A program made the position numbers and the translations under genes. From the IMG/VR virus record IMGVR_UViG_3300027963_000039: a stretch of 64,000 nt of DNA; one strand, written 5' to 3'. This DNA comes from a virus. Below the pieces are notes generated by a model. That model ran no database searches, had not been told where the DNA came from, and saw only the letters and a program-made list of their open reading frames with translations. Below, piece after piece: positions 28,770 through 39,325 of this stretch. Each line of letters starts with the position of its first letter. The stretch's first letter is position 1.

Positions 28770-29543
28770 ATGGCCACAATTACCACTAGAGTTGCTTTTA
28801 AAGAATATTGTTTACGCAGATTAGGTTTTCCAGTCATCGATATTAACGTGGATGATGACCAAGTGGAAGACCGAATTGATGATGCCTTACAGTACTGGCA
28901 AGATTACCATTTTGATGGTCTACAAAAGGTCTATTACATCAAAAGAGTGGAACAAACCGATGTTAACCAAAAGTATATAGATTTAAGCAATGTTACCGAC
29001 AGTTCAAATAACGCACTAGAGATTGTTGGTATATCACGTATATTTCCAATTCAAGATTCTCAGGCAACTATTAATATGTTTGACCTTAGATATCAACTAA
29101 GATTAAACGAATTGTATGACTTCACATCAGCGTCCTACATCAACTACACACTAACACAACAGCATCTACGTTCATTGGAGTTAATGTTTACTGGAGAAGT
29201 TCCTATTCGATTCCAAAGACATATGCGTAGGTTGTACATAGATTGGGCCTGGGGTTCATCACAATCACCAGTTGGTACTGTGGTAGTTGCCGAAGCTTAT
29301 GCAAATATCGACCCTACGGTATACACCAGAGTTTGGAATGACCGTTGGTTGAAAGAATATGCAACTGCTTTAATCAAAAGAAGTTGGGGAAACAACATTA
29401 AAAAATTTAATGGATTACAATTGCCAGGCGGTGTTACATTAAATGGTGATAAAATTTATGATGAGGCCGTTGCAGAAATTGAAAAACTAGAACAAGAAAT
29501 GCAAGTTGAATATGGTGCACCACTTGAATGGTTTATGTTATAA
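28770..29543 (+). CDS. gp13: Neck protein gp13
   Basis: YCLRRLGFPVIDINVDDDQVEDRIDDALQY; LPGGVTLNG. Confidence 0.92.
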   Translation: MATITTRVAFKEYCLRRLGFPVIDINVDDDQVEDRIDDALQYWQDYHFDGLQKVYYIKRVEQTDVNQKYIDLSNVTDSSNNALEIVGISRIFPIQDSQATINMFDLRYQLRLNELYDFTSASYINYTLTQQHLRSLELMFTGEVPIRFQRHMRRLYIDWAWGSSQSPVGTVVVAEAYANIDPTVYTRVWNDRWLKEYATALIKRSWGNNIKKFNGLQLPGGVTLNGDKIYDEAVAEIEKLEQEMQVEYGAPLEWFML

Positions 29544-30440
29544 ATGGCAACTTCACCTTATTTTAATAATTATAACTCTAAAGCTGAGCAAAGAGTTTAC
29601 GAAGATTTAATTGTTGAGTCCATTAAGATAATGGGATTCGATGGTTACTATTTACCTAACGACAATGATCAGGCTCGTGATCTTTTATATGGTGAAGATC
29701 CGGTTAAAAAATTTCAAACAGCATTTCCAATCGAATTTTATTTGTCAAATGTATTGGAGTATGGTGGCGAAAAAGAATTCTTTTCAAAATTTGGTTTACA
29801 AATTAAAAACAATGCTTCAGTTATTGTTTCTAAAAGGTCTTTTGCTCAAAGAGTTCCACCACATTTAGTAAGACCCCGTGAGGGAGATTTAATTTATGTA
29901 CCGTTTTTAAATGGTACTGGTGAATTGTACGAAATTAAATTTGCTGACCAAGATAAAGAATTTCATACATTAGGAAGAAGAATACCATACTTCTATGAAC
30001 TAGATTTGGAGAAATTCAAGTACTCTCAAGAACTTATCGATACTGGTATTGGAGATATCGATCAGGTTACAACAGACAATTCATATTCTATTGATTTTAC
30101 CATAGGCGCAGGATCAGGAACTTATGAACTGAACGAAGTTGTGTTCCAATCTAGCAGTAACACAGGAAATATATTGCTTGCTTATGCTAATGCAACAACA
30201 CTTGCAACCGTTAAATCTTGGACTCCAGGTTCAAATACATTATCTGTTATCGATATCAATGGTGAATTTATTGATGGTCGTAAAATTATAGGTTACACAA
30301 GCAATGCAAGATATACATTGAGTACATATGATCCATTAAATGTGAATGTTGCACACGAAACATATGACAACCTATACATTAAAAACCAAGCCAATTCAAT
30401 CATAGATTTTTCCGAATCAAACCCTTTTGGTAGCATATAA
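29544..30440 (+). CDS. gp14: Neck/head closure protein gp14
   Basis: EDLIVESIKIMG, SKFGLQI, RPREGDLIY, DFSESNPFG. Confidence 0.9.
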   Translation: MATSPYFNNYNSKAEQRVYEDLIVESIKIMGFDGYYLPNDNDQARDLLYGEDPVKKFQTAFPIEFYLSNVLEYGGEKEFFSKFGLQIKNNASVIVSKRSFAQRVPPHLVRPREGDLIYVPFLNGTGELYEIKFADQDKEFHTLGRRIPYFYELDLEKFKYSQELIDTGIGDIDQVTTDNSYSIDFTIGAGSGTYELNEVVFQSSSNTGNILLAYANATTLATVKSWTPGSNTLSVIDINGEFIDGRKIIGYTSNARYTLSTYDPLNVNVAHETYDNLYIKNQANSIIDFSESNPFGSI

Positions 30441-31435
30441 TGTCAACAAATATACAATACCATCGTGTCATTAGAAAACTTGTTGTAGGATTTGGTGATT
30501 TATTTAATAACATCACACTGGTAAGATATAATCCAGACAATACTGAAGCTGAGAGAATGATTGTTCCTATTGCATATGCTTCAAAAGAATTGTATGTGAT
30601 GAGATTGCAAGACGATCCAGATTTATCTAAAAAGGTAATGATGACATTACCTAGAATGTCATTTGAAATGACTGGATTGAGTTACGATTCATCAAGAAAA
30701 CAAAACACAAACATTAAACAATTTGCCAAAACAAGTGGTGGCGTTGTGTCTCAGTACAATCCAGTACCATATGATTTTGATTTTTCTTTATATTTGTATG
30801 TCAGAAATATTGAAGATGGTACTCAAATCATCGAACACATTCTTCCGTATTTCACACCAGATTATACAATTAAACTGAATCTTATTCCTGAAATGGGAAT
30901 AGTTAAAGAAATACCTATTATCTTAAAAAATAGTGATTATGAAGTTAGGTATGAAGGCAACAGAGATTCAGAAACAAGAACAATTATTTGGACTTTAAAT
31001 TTTACGGTCAAAGGTTTTATATTTGGTAAAACATCAGAAGTTGGTTTAATTAAAACTTCAATTACAAATATATTTAACAATATCACATCCGAAGATTTGG
31101 TTGCTTTCAATATGGCAAATACTGGTACAGGATTTTACCAGACCGGAGAATTAGTTTATCAAGGTTATTCTCCTGCAACTGCTACTGCAACAGGTAAGGT
31201 TGCTCTTTGGGCTAACAACATACACAAATTAACGCTGACCGAAATTAATGGAAATTTTGTTTCAGGAACTCCAATTGTTGGTATGAAAACAAATGCAAAC
31301 TATTCGTTTGTTTCTTATAAAGTGGCACCAGAAAAATTAGCAAAAATAGTTGTAACAACTAATCCTGCAAATGCTAACGTAAATTCCCATTATACATATA
31401 CAACCACTATAACGGAAGCACCAGACATAGATTAA
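30440..31435 (+). CDS. gp15: Tail sheath stabiliser/terminator gp15
   Basis: FGDLFNNI, VPIAYA, LPRMSFEM, QIIEHILPYFTP. Confidence 0.9.
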   Translation: MSTNIQYHRVIRKLVVGFGDLFNNITLVRYNPDNTEAERMIVPIAYASKELYVMRLQDDPDLSKKVMMTLPRMSFEMTGLSYDSSRKQNTNIKQFAKTSGGVVSQYNPVPYDFDFSLYLYVRNIEDGTQIIEHILPYFTPDYTIKLNLIPEMGIVKEIPIILKNSDYEVRYEGNRDSETRTIIWTLNFTVKGFIFGKTSEVGLIKTSITNIFNNITSEDLVAFNMANTGTGFYQTGELVYQGYSPATATATGKVALWANNIHKLTLTEINGNFVSGTPIVGMKTNANYSFVSYKVAPEKLAKIVVTTNPANANVNSHYTYTTTITEAPDID

Positions 31436-31436
31436 T

Positions 31437-31853
31437 ATGAATACCTTTGATAAGAAAATGGAAGAAGTTTTTGATTTAGCACCAATTAAAGAAGAAAAAA
31501 AAGAAAAACTTCCTACGGTGTCGGTGTCTTATAACAAACCCGATTTAAAACAAGATTTGACTGATGCATATCAACAGTCAAAAGAAAACCTACAAACCAT
31601 CATTGATCAAGGTCAAGAAGCAATGGATGAAATTCTAAACATTGCTAAAGCAGGTCAACACCCAAGAGCGTTTGAAGTTTATGGAACTCTATTAAAGAAC
31701 ATGGTTGATGCCAACAAAGAACTTTTAAACATTCAAAAACAAATGCGTGATATGGATGAAGAAAAGAAACAAAAGACTGGTACAAATATTGACAAAGCCA
31801 TATTTGTTGGTTCTACTGCTGAGTTGAATAAACTTATCAAAGGCAAAGATTAA
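31437..31853 (+). CDS. gp16: Terminase small subunit gp16
   Basis: HPRAFEV and IFVGSTAEL motifs; position. Confidence 0.9.
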   Translation: MNTFDKKMEEVFDLAPIKEEKKEKLPTVSVSYNKPDLKQDLTDAYQQSKENLQTIIDQGQEAMDEILNIAKAGQHPRAFEVYGTLLKNMVDANKELLNIQKQMRDMDEEKKQKTGTNIDKAIFVGSTAELNKLIKGKD

Positions 31854-33538
31854 TGGTCACCAATACAAAAGATTCGTATCGTGACAATCCACTCTTAAAA
31901 AAAGTAGGCGTAGAACACCAGTACACAGAAGAACAGGTACAAGAATACATTAAGTGTTCTAAAGACCCTGTGTATTTCTGTATAAATTACATCAAGATCG
32001 TAAACGTTGACGAAGGTCTGATGTCATTTAGAATGTGGGACTTTCAAAAAGAAATGATTAATCTTTTTAAAGATAATCGTTTCGTTATAACTAAATGTCC
32101 TCGACAAGTTGGTAAAACTACCACAACAGTTGGTTATCTTCTTTGGGCAACAATTTTTACTGATGCACAAAACGTTGCCGTTCTTGCCAACAAAGGTGCC
32201 TTAGCTAGAGACATCTTGGCAAAATATCAACTCGCATATGAAAACTTACCGCAATGGTTACAACAAGGTGTTGTCACATGGAATAAAGGTAACGTAGAAT
32301 TAGAAAATGGATCTAAAGTAATCGCAGCATCAACATCAAGTTCTGCAATTCGAGGAGGTTCTTTTAACATCGTATTTTTGGATGAATTTGCGTTCGTACC
32401 CAACAACATCGCCAACGAATTCTTTAACTCTGTTTATCCTGTAATTTCATCAGGTAAAACTTCCAAGATTATTATTGTTTCTACTCCTAACGGCATGAAT
32501 CTGTTCTATAAACTTTGGATGGATTCACTAGAAAAGAGAAACGACTATAAGAATTTTGAAATTCATTGGTCGATGGTACCAGGACGTGATGAAAAGTGGA
32601 AAGAAGAAACCATACGAAACACTTCACAAAGGCAGTTTGACCAAGAGTTTAACACCGAATTTTTGGGTTCTTCAAATACCCTCATTTCTGGTTACAAATT
32701 ACAACAATTAAGATATATCGATCCTATATCTGAACATGATAAGATGAAGATATATGAATATCCTATCAAAGAAAACGGAGAAGATATCAAGTCGGATCAT
32801 TTGTATTGTGTTACGGTTGACGTTTCTGAAGGAAAAAATCTAGACTCATCAGCATTTTCTATTTTTGACATATCTACCACACCATATAAACAAGTTGCAA
32901 CTTATTCCAGTTCTTCAATATCACCTATTTTATTTCCTACTGTTATCGTAAACGCAGCCAGATTATACAACGATGCGTACATTTTGGTAGAAATAAATAA
33001 CAATCCTCAGGTGGCAGATTTTATACACTCAGATTTAGAATATGAAAACTTGTTAAAAGTATTTACTGGCAATAAAAAACCGCAGCAACTATCGGCTGGT
33101 TTTGCCAGAGGTATACAAATGGGTTTGAAAATGTCCCCTCAAGTTAAGGCAATTGGTTGTTCCAACCTCAAAACTTTAATTGAAGGTGATAAGTTATTGA
33201 TTAATGATTTTGAAACTTATTCAGAATTGACTACTTTTGTACAACACAAAACATCGTTTGCAGCTGAAGATGGTGCAAATGACGACATGGCCATGACTTT
33301 GGTTTTATTCTCTTGGGCAACTACTCAAAAATATTTTAGAGAGATTGTTAACCATGATCTAAGAAAACAAATTCAATTGGAACATATGAATCAATATGAC
33401 GAAGAAGTTTTACCAGCTCCCATCATAGAAAATGGTTTAGAAAACGATTTTATGGTTGAAGGTGGTGATGTTTGGGAAGTTTCTGGTTCCAAAGATGTTT
33501 ATGAACAATATACTAAAAACTTCTTTGAAAAGTTATAA
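31853..33538 (+). CDS. gp17: Terminase large subunit gp17
   Basis: PRQVGKTT Walker A, FLDEFAF Walker B, STPNG, DDMAM. Confidence 0.95.
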   Translation: MVTNTKDSYRDNPLLKKVGVEHQYTEEQVQEYIKCSKDPVYFCINYIKIVNVDEGLMSFRMWDFQKEMINLFKDNRFVITKCPRQVGKTTTTVGYLLWATIFTDAQNVAVLANKGALARDILAKYQLAYENLPQWLQQGVVTWNKGNVELENGSKVIAASTSSSAIRGGSFNIVFLDEFAFVPNNIANEFFNSVYPVISSGKTSKIIIVSTPNGMNLFYKLWMDSLEKRNDYKNFEIHWSMVPGRDEKWKEETIRNTSQRQFDQEFNTEFLGSSNTLISGYKLQQLRYIDPISEHDKMKIYEYPIKENGEDIKSDHLYCVTVDVSEGKNLDSSAFSIFDISTTPYKQVATYSSSSISPILFPTVIVNAARLYNDAYILVEINNNPQVADFIHSDLEYENLLKVFTGNKKPQQLSAGFARGIQMGLKMSPQVKAIGCSNLKTLIEGDKLLINDFETYSELTTFVQHKTSFAAEDGANDDMAMTLVLFSWATTQKYFREIVNHDLRKQIQLEHMNQYDEEVLPAPIIENGLENDFMVEGGDVWEVSGSKDVYEQYTKNFFEKL

Positions 33539-33610
33539 AATTCATGTTACATAAATATGATTATGGTATTTTAACTGCCAAGAACAAAATAATAATTCAA
33601 GGAGAATAAA

Positions 33611-35311
33611 ATGGCGTTTCAACTCTCTCCAGGCGTAAATGTTTCCGAAATTGACTTAACTACAGTCGTTCCTTCGGTCGTTTCTAGTACTGGTGCTTAT
33701 GCTGGAACATTTAATTGGGGTCCAGCTCAAAAAATTATACAGGTTGATAGTGAGAAAACGCTATACAACATGTTCACACCGGCTAATCCTGATTCAAATT
33801 CCGCAATTTCGTTTTTTACTAGTTCCAGTTTCTTAGCTTACGGCAATGATTTACGAATTGTTCGTGCGGTTGGTGCAAACAGTAAGAATTCAGATTCAAA
33901 TACTTCCGTTACAAACGTACAAGTTGCTAACGAAGATGTGTTCCAAGCTAGTTACATGTTAACTAACAATGCAAACACATACGGTCCATTCATGGCAAAG
34001 TATCCAGGTGCAATAGGAAACTCTTTGAAAATTTCTTTGTGTGATGATCCAACAGCATTTACTTCTTGGACATACAAAGGATATTTTAGCAGCGCTCCAG
34101 GAACATCAGAATACGTTTCTAATGCTGGTGGTAGCCAAGATGAATTACACGTAGTTGTTGTAGACGAAGATGGTTTGTTTACAGGCGTTGCCGGAACAGT
34201 TTTAGAAACTTATCCTTTCTTGTCAAAAGCTAGCGATGCCGTAAATAACGGTGCACCAAGTTACTACAAACAAGCAATTTTTGATAACTCAAATTACATC
34301 TACGCAATCGATCCACCAGATTATGCAAACACTTCTTCTACATGGGGTAACACTGCTGCTGGAAGAACTTATGCTAGATTGGCAAGTGCTTTCACAACAT
34401 CGTTGGTTGGTGGTACAGATGAGGTTCCAAATGATGCAAAACTCCAACAAGCATGGGATCTGTTTGCTAACAAAGAAGCGGTTGAAGTTTCTTTATTGTT
34501 AACTGGAAATTACAGTATTGCATTACAACAATATGTAATCGACAACGTTGCAAACGCACGTAAAGATTGTGTTGCTTTCATTTCACCTCCTTATTCAGCA
34601 GTTGTTAATCAAGGTGGCGGAGAAGCAGGTAACATTACAACATGGTTAGCCTCTTTAGCTCGTTCATCTTCATATGTTGTTGCCGACTCTGGTTGGAAAT
34701 ATATGTACGACAAGTACAACGCAACATATCGTTGGATTCCATTGAATGCTGACGTTGCTGGTCTATGTGCATATACCGACACAATTCGTGATCCATGGTG
34801 GTCACCAGCTGGTTTCAACCGTGGTAACATCAAAAACGCTATTAAATTGGCATGGTCACCAAGCAAAACTTATCGTGACACAATTTATAGCGCAGGTGTT
34901 AATCCTGTTTGTTCTTTCCCAGGAAATGGCATCGTATTGTTTGGCGACAAAACATTACAAGCAAAACCATCAGCCTTTGACAGAATCAACGTTCGTAGAT
35001 TGTTTATCACTCTAGAAAAAGCAATTGCTAAAGCTGCACAATACTCATTGTTTGAATTTAACGATGATTTCACCCGTGCTCAGTTTGTTGCATTAGTTAC
35101 TCCTTTCTTGCGTGAGATTCAGGGTCGCCGTGGCATTTATGACTTCCGTGTTGTTTGTGATACAACAAATAACACAGGATTTGTAATTGATAGTAATCAA
35201 TTCGTTGGTGACATCTATATCAAGCCTGCTCGCTCAATTAACTTCATTCAATTGAACTTTGTTGCAGTTGGAACTAGTGTTGACTTTACAACAATCGTTG
35301 GTCAGTTCTAA
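33611..35311 (+). CDS. gp18: Tail sheath protein gp18
   Basis: LSPGVNVSEID, SPAGFNRG, FDRINVRRLF, KPARSINFI. Confidence 0.95.
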   Translation: MAFQLSPGVNVSEIDLTTVVPSVVSSTGAYAGTFNWGPAQKIIQVDSEKTLYNMFTPANPDSNSAISFFTSSSFLAYGNDLRIVRAVGANSKNSDSNTSVTNVQVANEDVFQASYMLTNNANTYGPFMAKYPGAIGNSLKISLCDDPTAFTSWTYKGYFSSAPGTSEYVSNAGGSQDELHVVVVDEDGLFTGVAGTVLETYPFLSKASDAVNNGAPSYYKQAIFDNSNYIYAIDPPDYANTSSTWGNTAAGRTYARLASAFTTSLVGGTDEVPNDAKLQQAWDLFANKEAVEVSLLLTGNYSIALQQYVIDNVANARKDCVAFISPPYSAVVNQGGGEAGNITTWLASLARSSSYVVADSGWKYMYDKYNATYRWIPLNADVAGLCAYTDTIRDPWWSPAGFNRGNIKNAIKLAWSPSKTYRDTIYSAGVNPVCSFPGNGIVLFGDKTLQAKPSAFDRINVRRLFITLEKAIAKAAQYSLFEFNDDFTRAQFVALVTPFLREIQGRRGIYDFRVVCDTTNNTGFVIDSNQFVGDIYIKPARSINFIQLNFVAVGTSVDFTTIVGQF

Positions 35312-35339
35312 TAAATAACCACGACAACAGGAGATAACA

Positions 35340-35882
35340 ATGGCATTCAATGTAACAGAATTTAGAAGTCAAATGGTTGGTGACGGTGCTCGTCCCAATT
35401 TATTCCAAGTTACTTTAACCTTCCCAGCAATTGCATCTAACGGCTCAGTTGCTGGCCAAAAAACAACTTTCATGGCCAAAGCCGCACAATTACCAGGTTC
35501 AACAGTTGGTACTGTGCCGGTTTATTACTTTGGTCGTGAATTGAAGTTTGCAGGTAACAGAACTTTCACCGACTGGACATTACAGATTATTAATGATGAA
35601 GATTTCGTAATTAGAAATTCTTTAGAGTCATGGATGAACGCAATAAATAGTCACAGTAGTAACATAAGAAATAGCGCAGCAGGTACCCCTACAGGTTACA
35701 CAGTTGACGCATCAGTTTCTCAGTACGGTAAAACTGGTAATATTTTGAAAACTTACAAATTTATTGGTTTGTTTCCACTCGATGTCGCTCCAATTGATTT
35801 GGATTGGCAGAATAATGACACTATTGAAGAATACTCAGCAACTTTTGCTTATCAATGGTGGGAAGCTGAAACAACTAATTAA
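35340..35882 (+). CDS. gp19: Tail tube protein gp19
   Basis: GARPNLF, KAAQLPGS, GRELKFAGNRTF. Confidence 0.95.
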   Translation: MAFNVTEFRSQMVGDGARPNLFQVTLTFPAIASNGSVAGQKTTFMAKAAQLPGSTVGTVPVYYFGRELKFAGNRTFTDWTLQIINDEDFVIRNSLESWMNAINSHSSNIRNSAAGTPTGYTVDASVSQYGKTGNILKTYKFIGLFPLDVAPIDLDWQNNDTIEEYSATFAYQWWEAETTN

Positions 35883-35894
35883 TTATTTTTTACT

Positions 35895-35918
35895 GGGAAT
35901 ACATTTCGTATTCCCTTT
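35895..35918 (+). terminator. Probable intrinsic terminator after gp19
   Basis: GGGAATAC/GTATTCCC stem followed by T-rich tract. Confidence 0.65.
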
Positions 35919-35948
35919 ATGTTTTTTTGAATTGGAAAATTAAATAAT

Positions 35949-37637
35949 ATGGCAGCTTTAAATAAATTCTCTCTATTTGGATTCGAGATTGCACGGAAAA
36001 AATCTGAAGAAGATCAATCCGTGCAACAAACGTTTTCGCCCCCATCAAATGATGATGGTGCTTTGCAAATTACATCAGCTGCATATTACGGCACATATGT
36101 TGATTTAGACGGTACGGCCAAAAATGAAGTAGAATTAATTTCTCGTTACAGAGAAATGGCTATGCAACCAGAAATTGAGTCTGCGATAGATGATATTATG
36201 AACGAAGCCATCGTACAAGATGATGATGGCAAGATTATCAATATTGTTTTGGATGATCTAAAACAAACAGATAAGATTAAAAAAGCAATCAAAGAAGAAT
36301 TTAATGTAGTTCTTAGATTGTTGAACTATAACAACATGGCACATGATATCTTCCGTAGATATTATATTGATGGCAGATTATTCTATCATATCATTATCGA
36401 TAGAGAAAACCCTACTCAGGGTATTAAAGAATTAAGATATATCGATCCACGCAAAATACGTAAAGTGCGTGAGATGAAAAAGAAAAAAGATGAACGAACT
36501 GGTGTAGAAATGTTAGATGTGGTAAATGAATACTACATCTACAACGATAAAGTTGTTACAGGCAGTTCGTCAAATTATGGTCCTGTTGGTGTTCGTATCA
36601 CCACAGATTCTATCATATCAGTTGTTTCTGGTTTGATGGACTCACGTAGAGCAGTTGTACTATCATACTTACACAAAGCAATTAAGCCATTGAATCAATT
36701 ACGTATGATTGAAGATGCAACTGTTATCTATCGTATCAGTCGTGCGCCAGAAAGACGTATTTTTTATATTGACGTAGGTAATTTGCCAAAATTAAAGGCT
36801 GAACAGTACCTACGTGATATTATGGTCAAGTATAAAAACAAACTTGTGTATGATGCAAACACAGGTGAAGTTCGTGATGATCGCAAATTCTTATCTATGA
36901 TGGAAGACTTTTGGTTACCACGTAGAGAAGGTGGCAAAGGAACAGAAATTACTACATTACCTGGTGGTCAAAACTTAGGTGAGTTAGAAGATGTTAAGTA
37001 CTTCCAAAAGAAACTTTATGGTTCTTTGAACGTTCCAATATCACGTTTAGAACCAGGTGAAGGATTCTCTTTAGGTCGTAGTACAGAAGTTACTAGAGAT
37101 GAATTAAAATTTTCTAAATTTGTAGATAGAATTCGCAATCGTTTTTCAGATTTGTTTGATCAAGCTTTACGTGTACAATGTGTATTAAAAGGCATTTGTA
37201 CCAATGATGAGTTTGAAGAATTCAAAGAATACATTCACTATGACTTTATGAAAGACAACAACTTCAGCGAACTAAAAGAAGCTGAGTTGATGACTAATCG
37301 TTTAGGTTTATTAGGTGCTGTTGATCCATATACAGGACGTTACTTCTCACAAAAGTGGATTCAACAAAATGTTCTGCGTTTAACGGATGATGATATTGAA
37401 GAAATGCAAAAACAAATTGAACAAGAGAGAAAAGATGGTTTAGGATTGCCTGTTTCTGTTACAAATGATGTTGCACAACAACAGATGATGAGTCAAGTAC
37501 CAGGTCAACCACAGAATCCAACAGACCAACAGCACCAAGCAGATATGCAACAAGCTCAGTTGGATCAGCAAAAAGATGCACAGAAGAAGGAAGAAAGAAC
37601 TTCCGATGTATTCACAAAATTGAAACAAATTTTATAA
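35949..37637 (+). CDS. gp20: Portal protein gp20
   Basis: YRISRAPERRIFYIDVGNLP, EDFWLPRREGGKGTEITTLPGG. Confidence 0.96.
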   Translation: MAALNKFSLFGFEIARKKSEEDQSVQQTFSPPSNDDGALQITSAAYYGTYVDLDGTAKNEVELISRYREMAMQPEIESAIDDIMNEAIVQDDDGKIINIVLDDLKQTDKIKKAIKEEFNVVLRLLNYNNMAHDIFRRYYIDGRLFYHIIIDRENPTQGIKELRYIDPRKIRKVREMKKKKDERTGVEMLDVVNEYYIYNDKVVTGSSSNYGPVGVRITTDSIISVVSGLMDSRRAVVLSYLHKAIKPLNQLRMIEDATVIYRISRAPERRIFYIDVGNLPKLKAEQYLRDIMVKYKNKLVYDANTGEVRDDRKFLSMMEDFWLPRREGGKGTEITTLPGGQNLGELEDVKYFQKKLYGSLNVPISRLEPGEGFSLGRSTEVTRDELKFSKFVDRIRNRFSDLFDQALRVQCVLKGICTNDEFEEFKEYIHYDFMKDNNFSELKEAELMTNRLGLLGAVDPYTGRYFSQKWIQQNVLRLTDDDIEEMQKQIEQERKDGLGLPVSVTNDVAQQQMMSQVPGQPQNPTDQQHQADMQQAQLDQQKDAQKKEERTSDVFTKLKQIL

Positions 37638-37659
37638 ATATTTGAATTGGAGATAAAAA

Positions 37660-37839
37660 ATGAACGAAACAACAAAAGCTATTATTGATTATGCGTTTGA
37701 AGATGATGCCAAACAGATGCGGGATGCTCTGTATTCTGATATTCAAGATAGGGTTATGGCTCACCTTGATGCAAAAAAACAAGAGATTGCTAGAAATTTA
37801 ATTGCGCCAGTTCCAGTAGAAGATAATACAGAGGAATAA
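37660..37839 (+). CDS. Small prohead core protein, gp67-like (59 aa, not in ORF track)
   Basis: GGAG SD, TATAAATA at 37633; MNETTKAIIDYAFEDDAKQMRDAL..EDNTEE; position after gp20. Confidence 0.65.
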   Translation: MNETTKAIIDYAFEDDAKQMRDALYSDIQDRVMAHLDAKKQEIARNLIAPVPVEDNTEE

Positions 37840-37840
37840 G

Positions 37841-38074
37841 TTGAAATCTTTTAAAGAGTTTATTTCTGAAAGTCGTTTAGCGAAACCTAAAGTTCCGCAG
37901 GATCCTCCTGCTGTTTTACTTATGAAACGCAAAGCAATTAGAATGTTTCCAAACGGCCAAAGAGTGGCACTTTACTATGTGGATAAAATTAATAAATACG
38001 TAACAGTACCTTACGAAGCTATGCATTGGTCTAGCTCTGTACCGAACGAATTCAAGAATATTACATTAGGATAA
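37841..38074 (+). CDS. Hypothetical head-region protein
   Basis: GAGGA SD with TTG start; KSFKEF N-terminal motif seen in T4-like internal head proteins. Confidence 0.55.
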   Translation: MKSFKEFISESRLAKPKVPQDPPAVLLMKRKAIRMFPNGQRVALYYVDKINKYVTVPYEAMHWSSSVPNEFKNITLG

Positions 38075-38077
38075 AAA

Positions 38078-38623
38078 ATGGCAAATTCATTTACATTTCA
38101 GCTTATTAAAGATACAACAGAACATACGGTTATTAAAATAACTGGTTATTTTGATGGAACAGGCCAAGAAAGCAATACCGCAAGAATTCAAGCCAATACC
38201 CTGTATGGTGCTTTGGATGCAAATAACGTGCCATTACGTTCCGCTTTAAGCGTTAGTAATACCGCAAAGCCTTACTATGGACTATCACTAAATCGTTTGT
38301 GGTACGACTGTGCAGCTGGCGGCGACGTTCAGTTATTTTGGAGAGCAAATACTAACGTTCCGTTGATCATCATGAATGGTAACGGTGAATTTGATGGTAT
38401 GGGCAACTGGACAACAATACCAAACAATTCTGCTGGTAATCCAGGTTCTACTGGAGATATTGGTATCGTAACTAGAGGTATGGCCGCAAACGACAGTTAC
38501 ACAATGGTTGTTGAATTGCGTAAAGACAATGCTCACTATCAACGTGGTCAATTTAATGATCCACAAGCATTCAACTACCCACCATATTCTATCACTCCAA
38601 CTCCTGATAATCCAGGTCATTAA
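38078..38623 (+). CDS. Hypothetical head-region structural protein
   Basis: Between gp20 and gp21; AGGA SD. Confidence 0.6.
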   Translation: MANSFTFQLIKDTTEHTVIKITGYFDGTGQESNTARIQANTLYGALDANNVPLRSALSVSNTAKPYYGLSLNRLWYDCAAGGDVQLFWRANTNVPLIIMNGNGEFDGMGNWTTIPNNSAGNPGSTGDIGIVTRGMAANDSYTMVVELRKDNAHYQRGQFNDPQAFNYPPYSITPTPDNPGH

Positions 38624-38643
38624 AAGAAAGTAGATGGAAAATA

Positions 38644-39288
38644 ATGAAACTTATTAAAGAAGTTTTCGAAACAATTAACTACCTTGTCGAAGAAAAAGAC
38701 GGCAAGAAAAATCTATACATTGAAGGACCATTTCTACAAACAGAAGTGATCAATCGTAATGGCCGAAAGTATCTCAAAGAAACTATGGCCAAAGAAGTGC
38801 AAAGATACACAGAAGAATATATTAATAAAAACCGTGCCTTTGGTGAATTAGGACATCCTGATACACCATCAATCAATCTTGATAGAGTCTGTATGATAAC
38901 TACAGGTTTACGCCAAGAAGGCAATGATTGGATAGGCAAAGCAAAAATTCTTGAAACCCCTATGGGTAACATTGTCAAAAGCTTACTTGACGGAGGCGCA
39001 CAAGTTGGTGTGTCATCCCGTGGATTAGGTTCTTTGAAATCCGTTAACGGTATCAATGTTGTTCAGGATGATTTTCGTCTGGCCACAGCGGCAGATATTG
39101 TAGCTGACCCTTCTGCACCCAATGCTTTTGTACAGGGTATTATGGAAGATAAAGAATGGATGTTAGTAAATGGTGTTTGGACTGAACAGGACTACACTCA
39201 AGCTAAGACGCAAATTCGCCAAGCTACTCAGAGAGAGATCGAAGAAGTGAGTCTACGCATATTCGAAAACTTCCTCAAAAAACTTTAA
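38644..39288 (+). CDS. gp21: Prohead protease gp21
   Basis: MKLIKE, GELGHP, GVSSRGLGS, DIVADPSAPNAFV. Confidence 0.95.
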   Translation: MKLIKEVFETINYLVEEKDGKKNLYIEGPFLQTEVINRNGRKYLKETMAKEVQRYTEEYINKNRAFGELGHPDTPSINLDRVCMITTGLRQEGNDWIGKAKILETPMGNIVKSLLDGGAQVGVSSRGLGSLKSVNGINVVQDDFRLATAADIVADPSAPNAFVQGIMEDKEWMLVNGVWTEQDYTQAKTQIRQATQREIEEVSLRIFENFLKKL

Positions 39289-39325
39289 ATATAAATATCC
39301 AATATAAATCAAGGAGATTTCCAAA

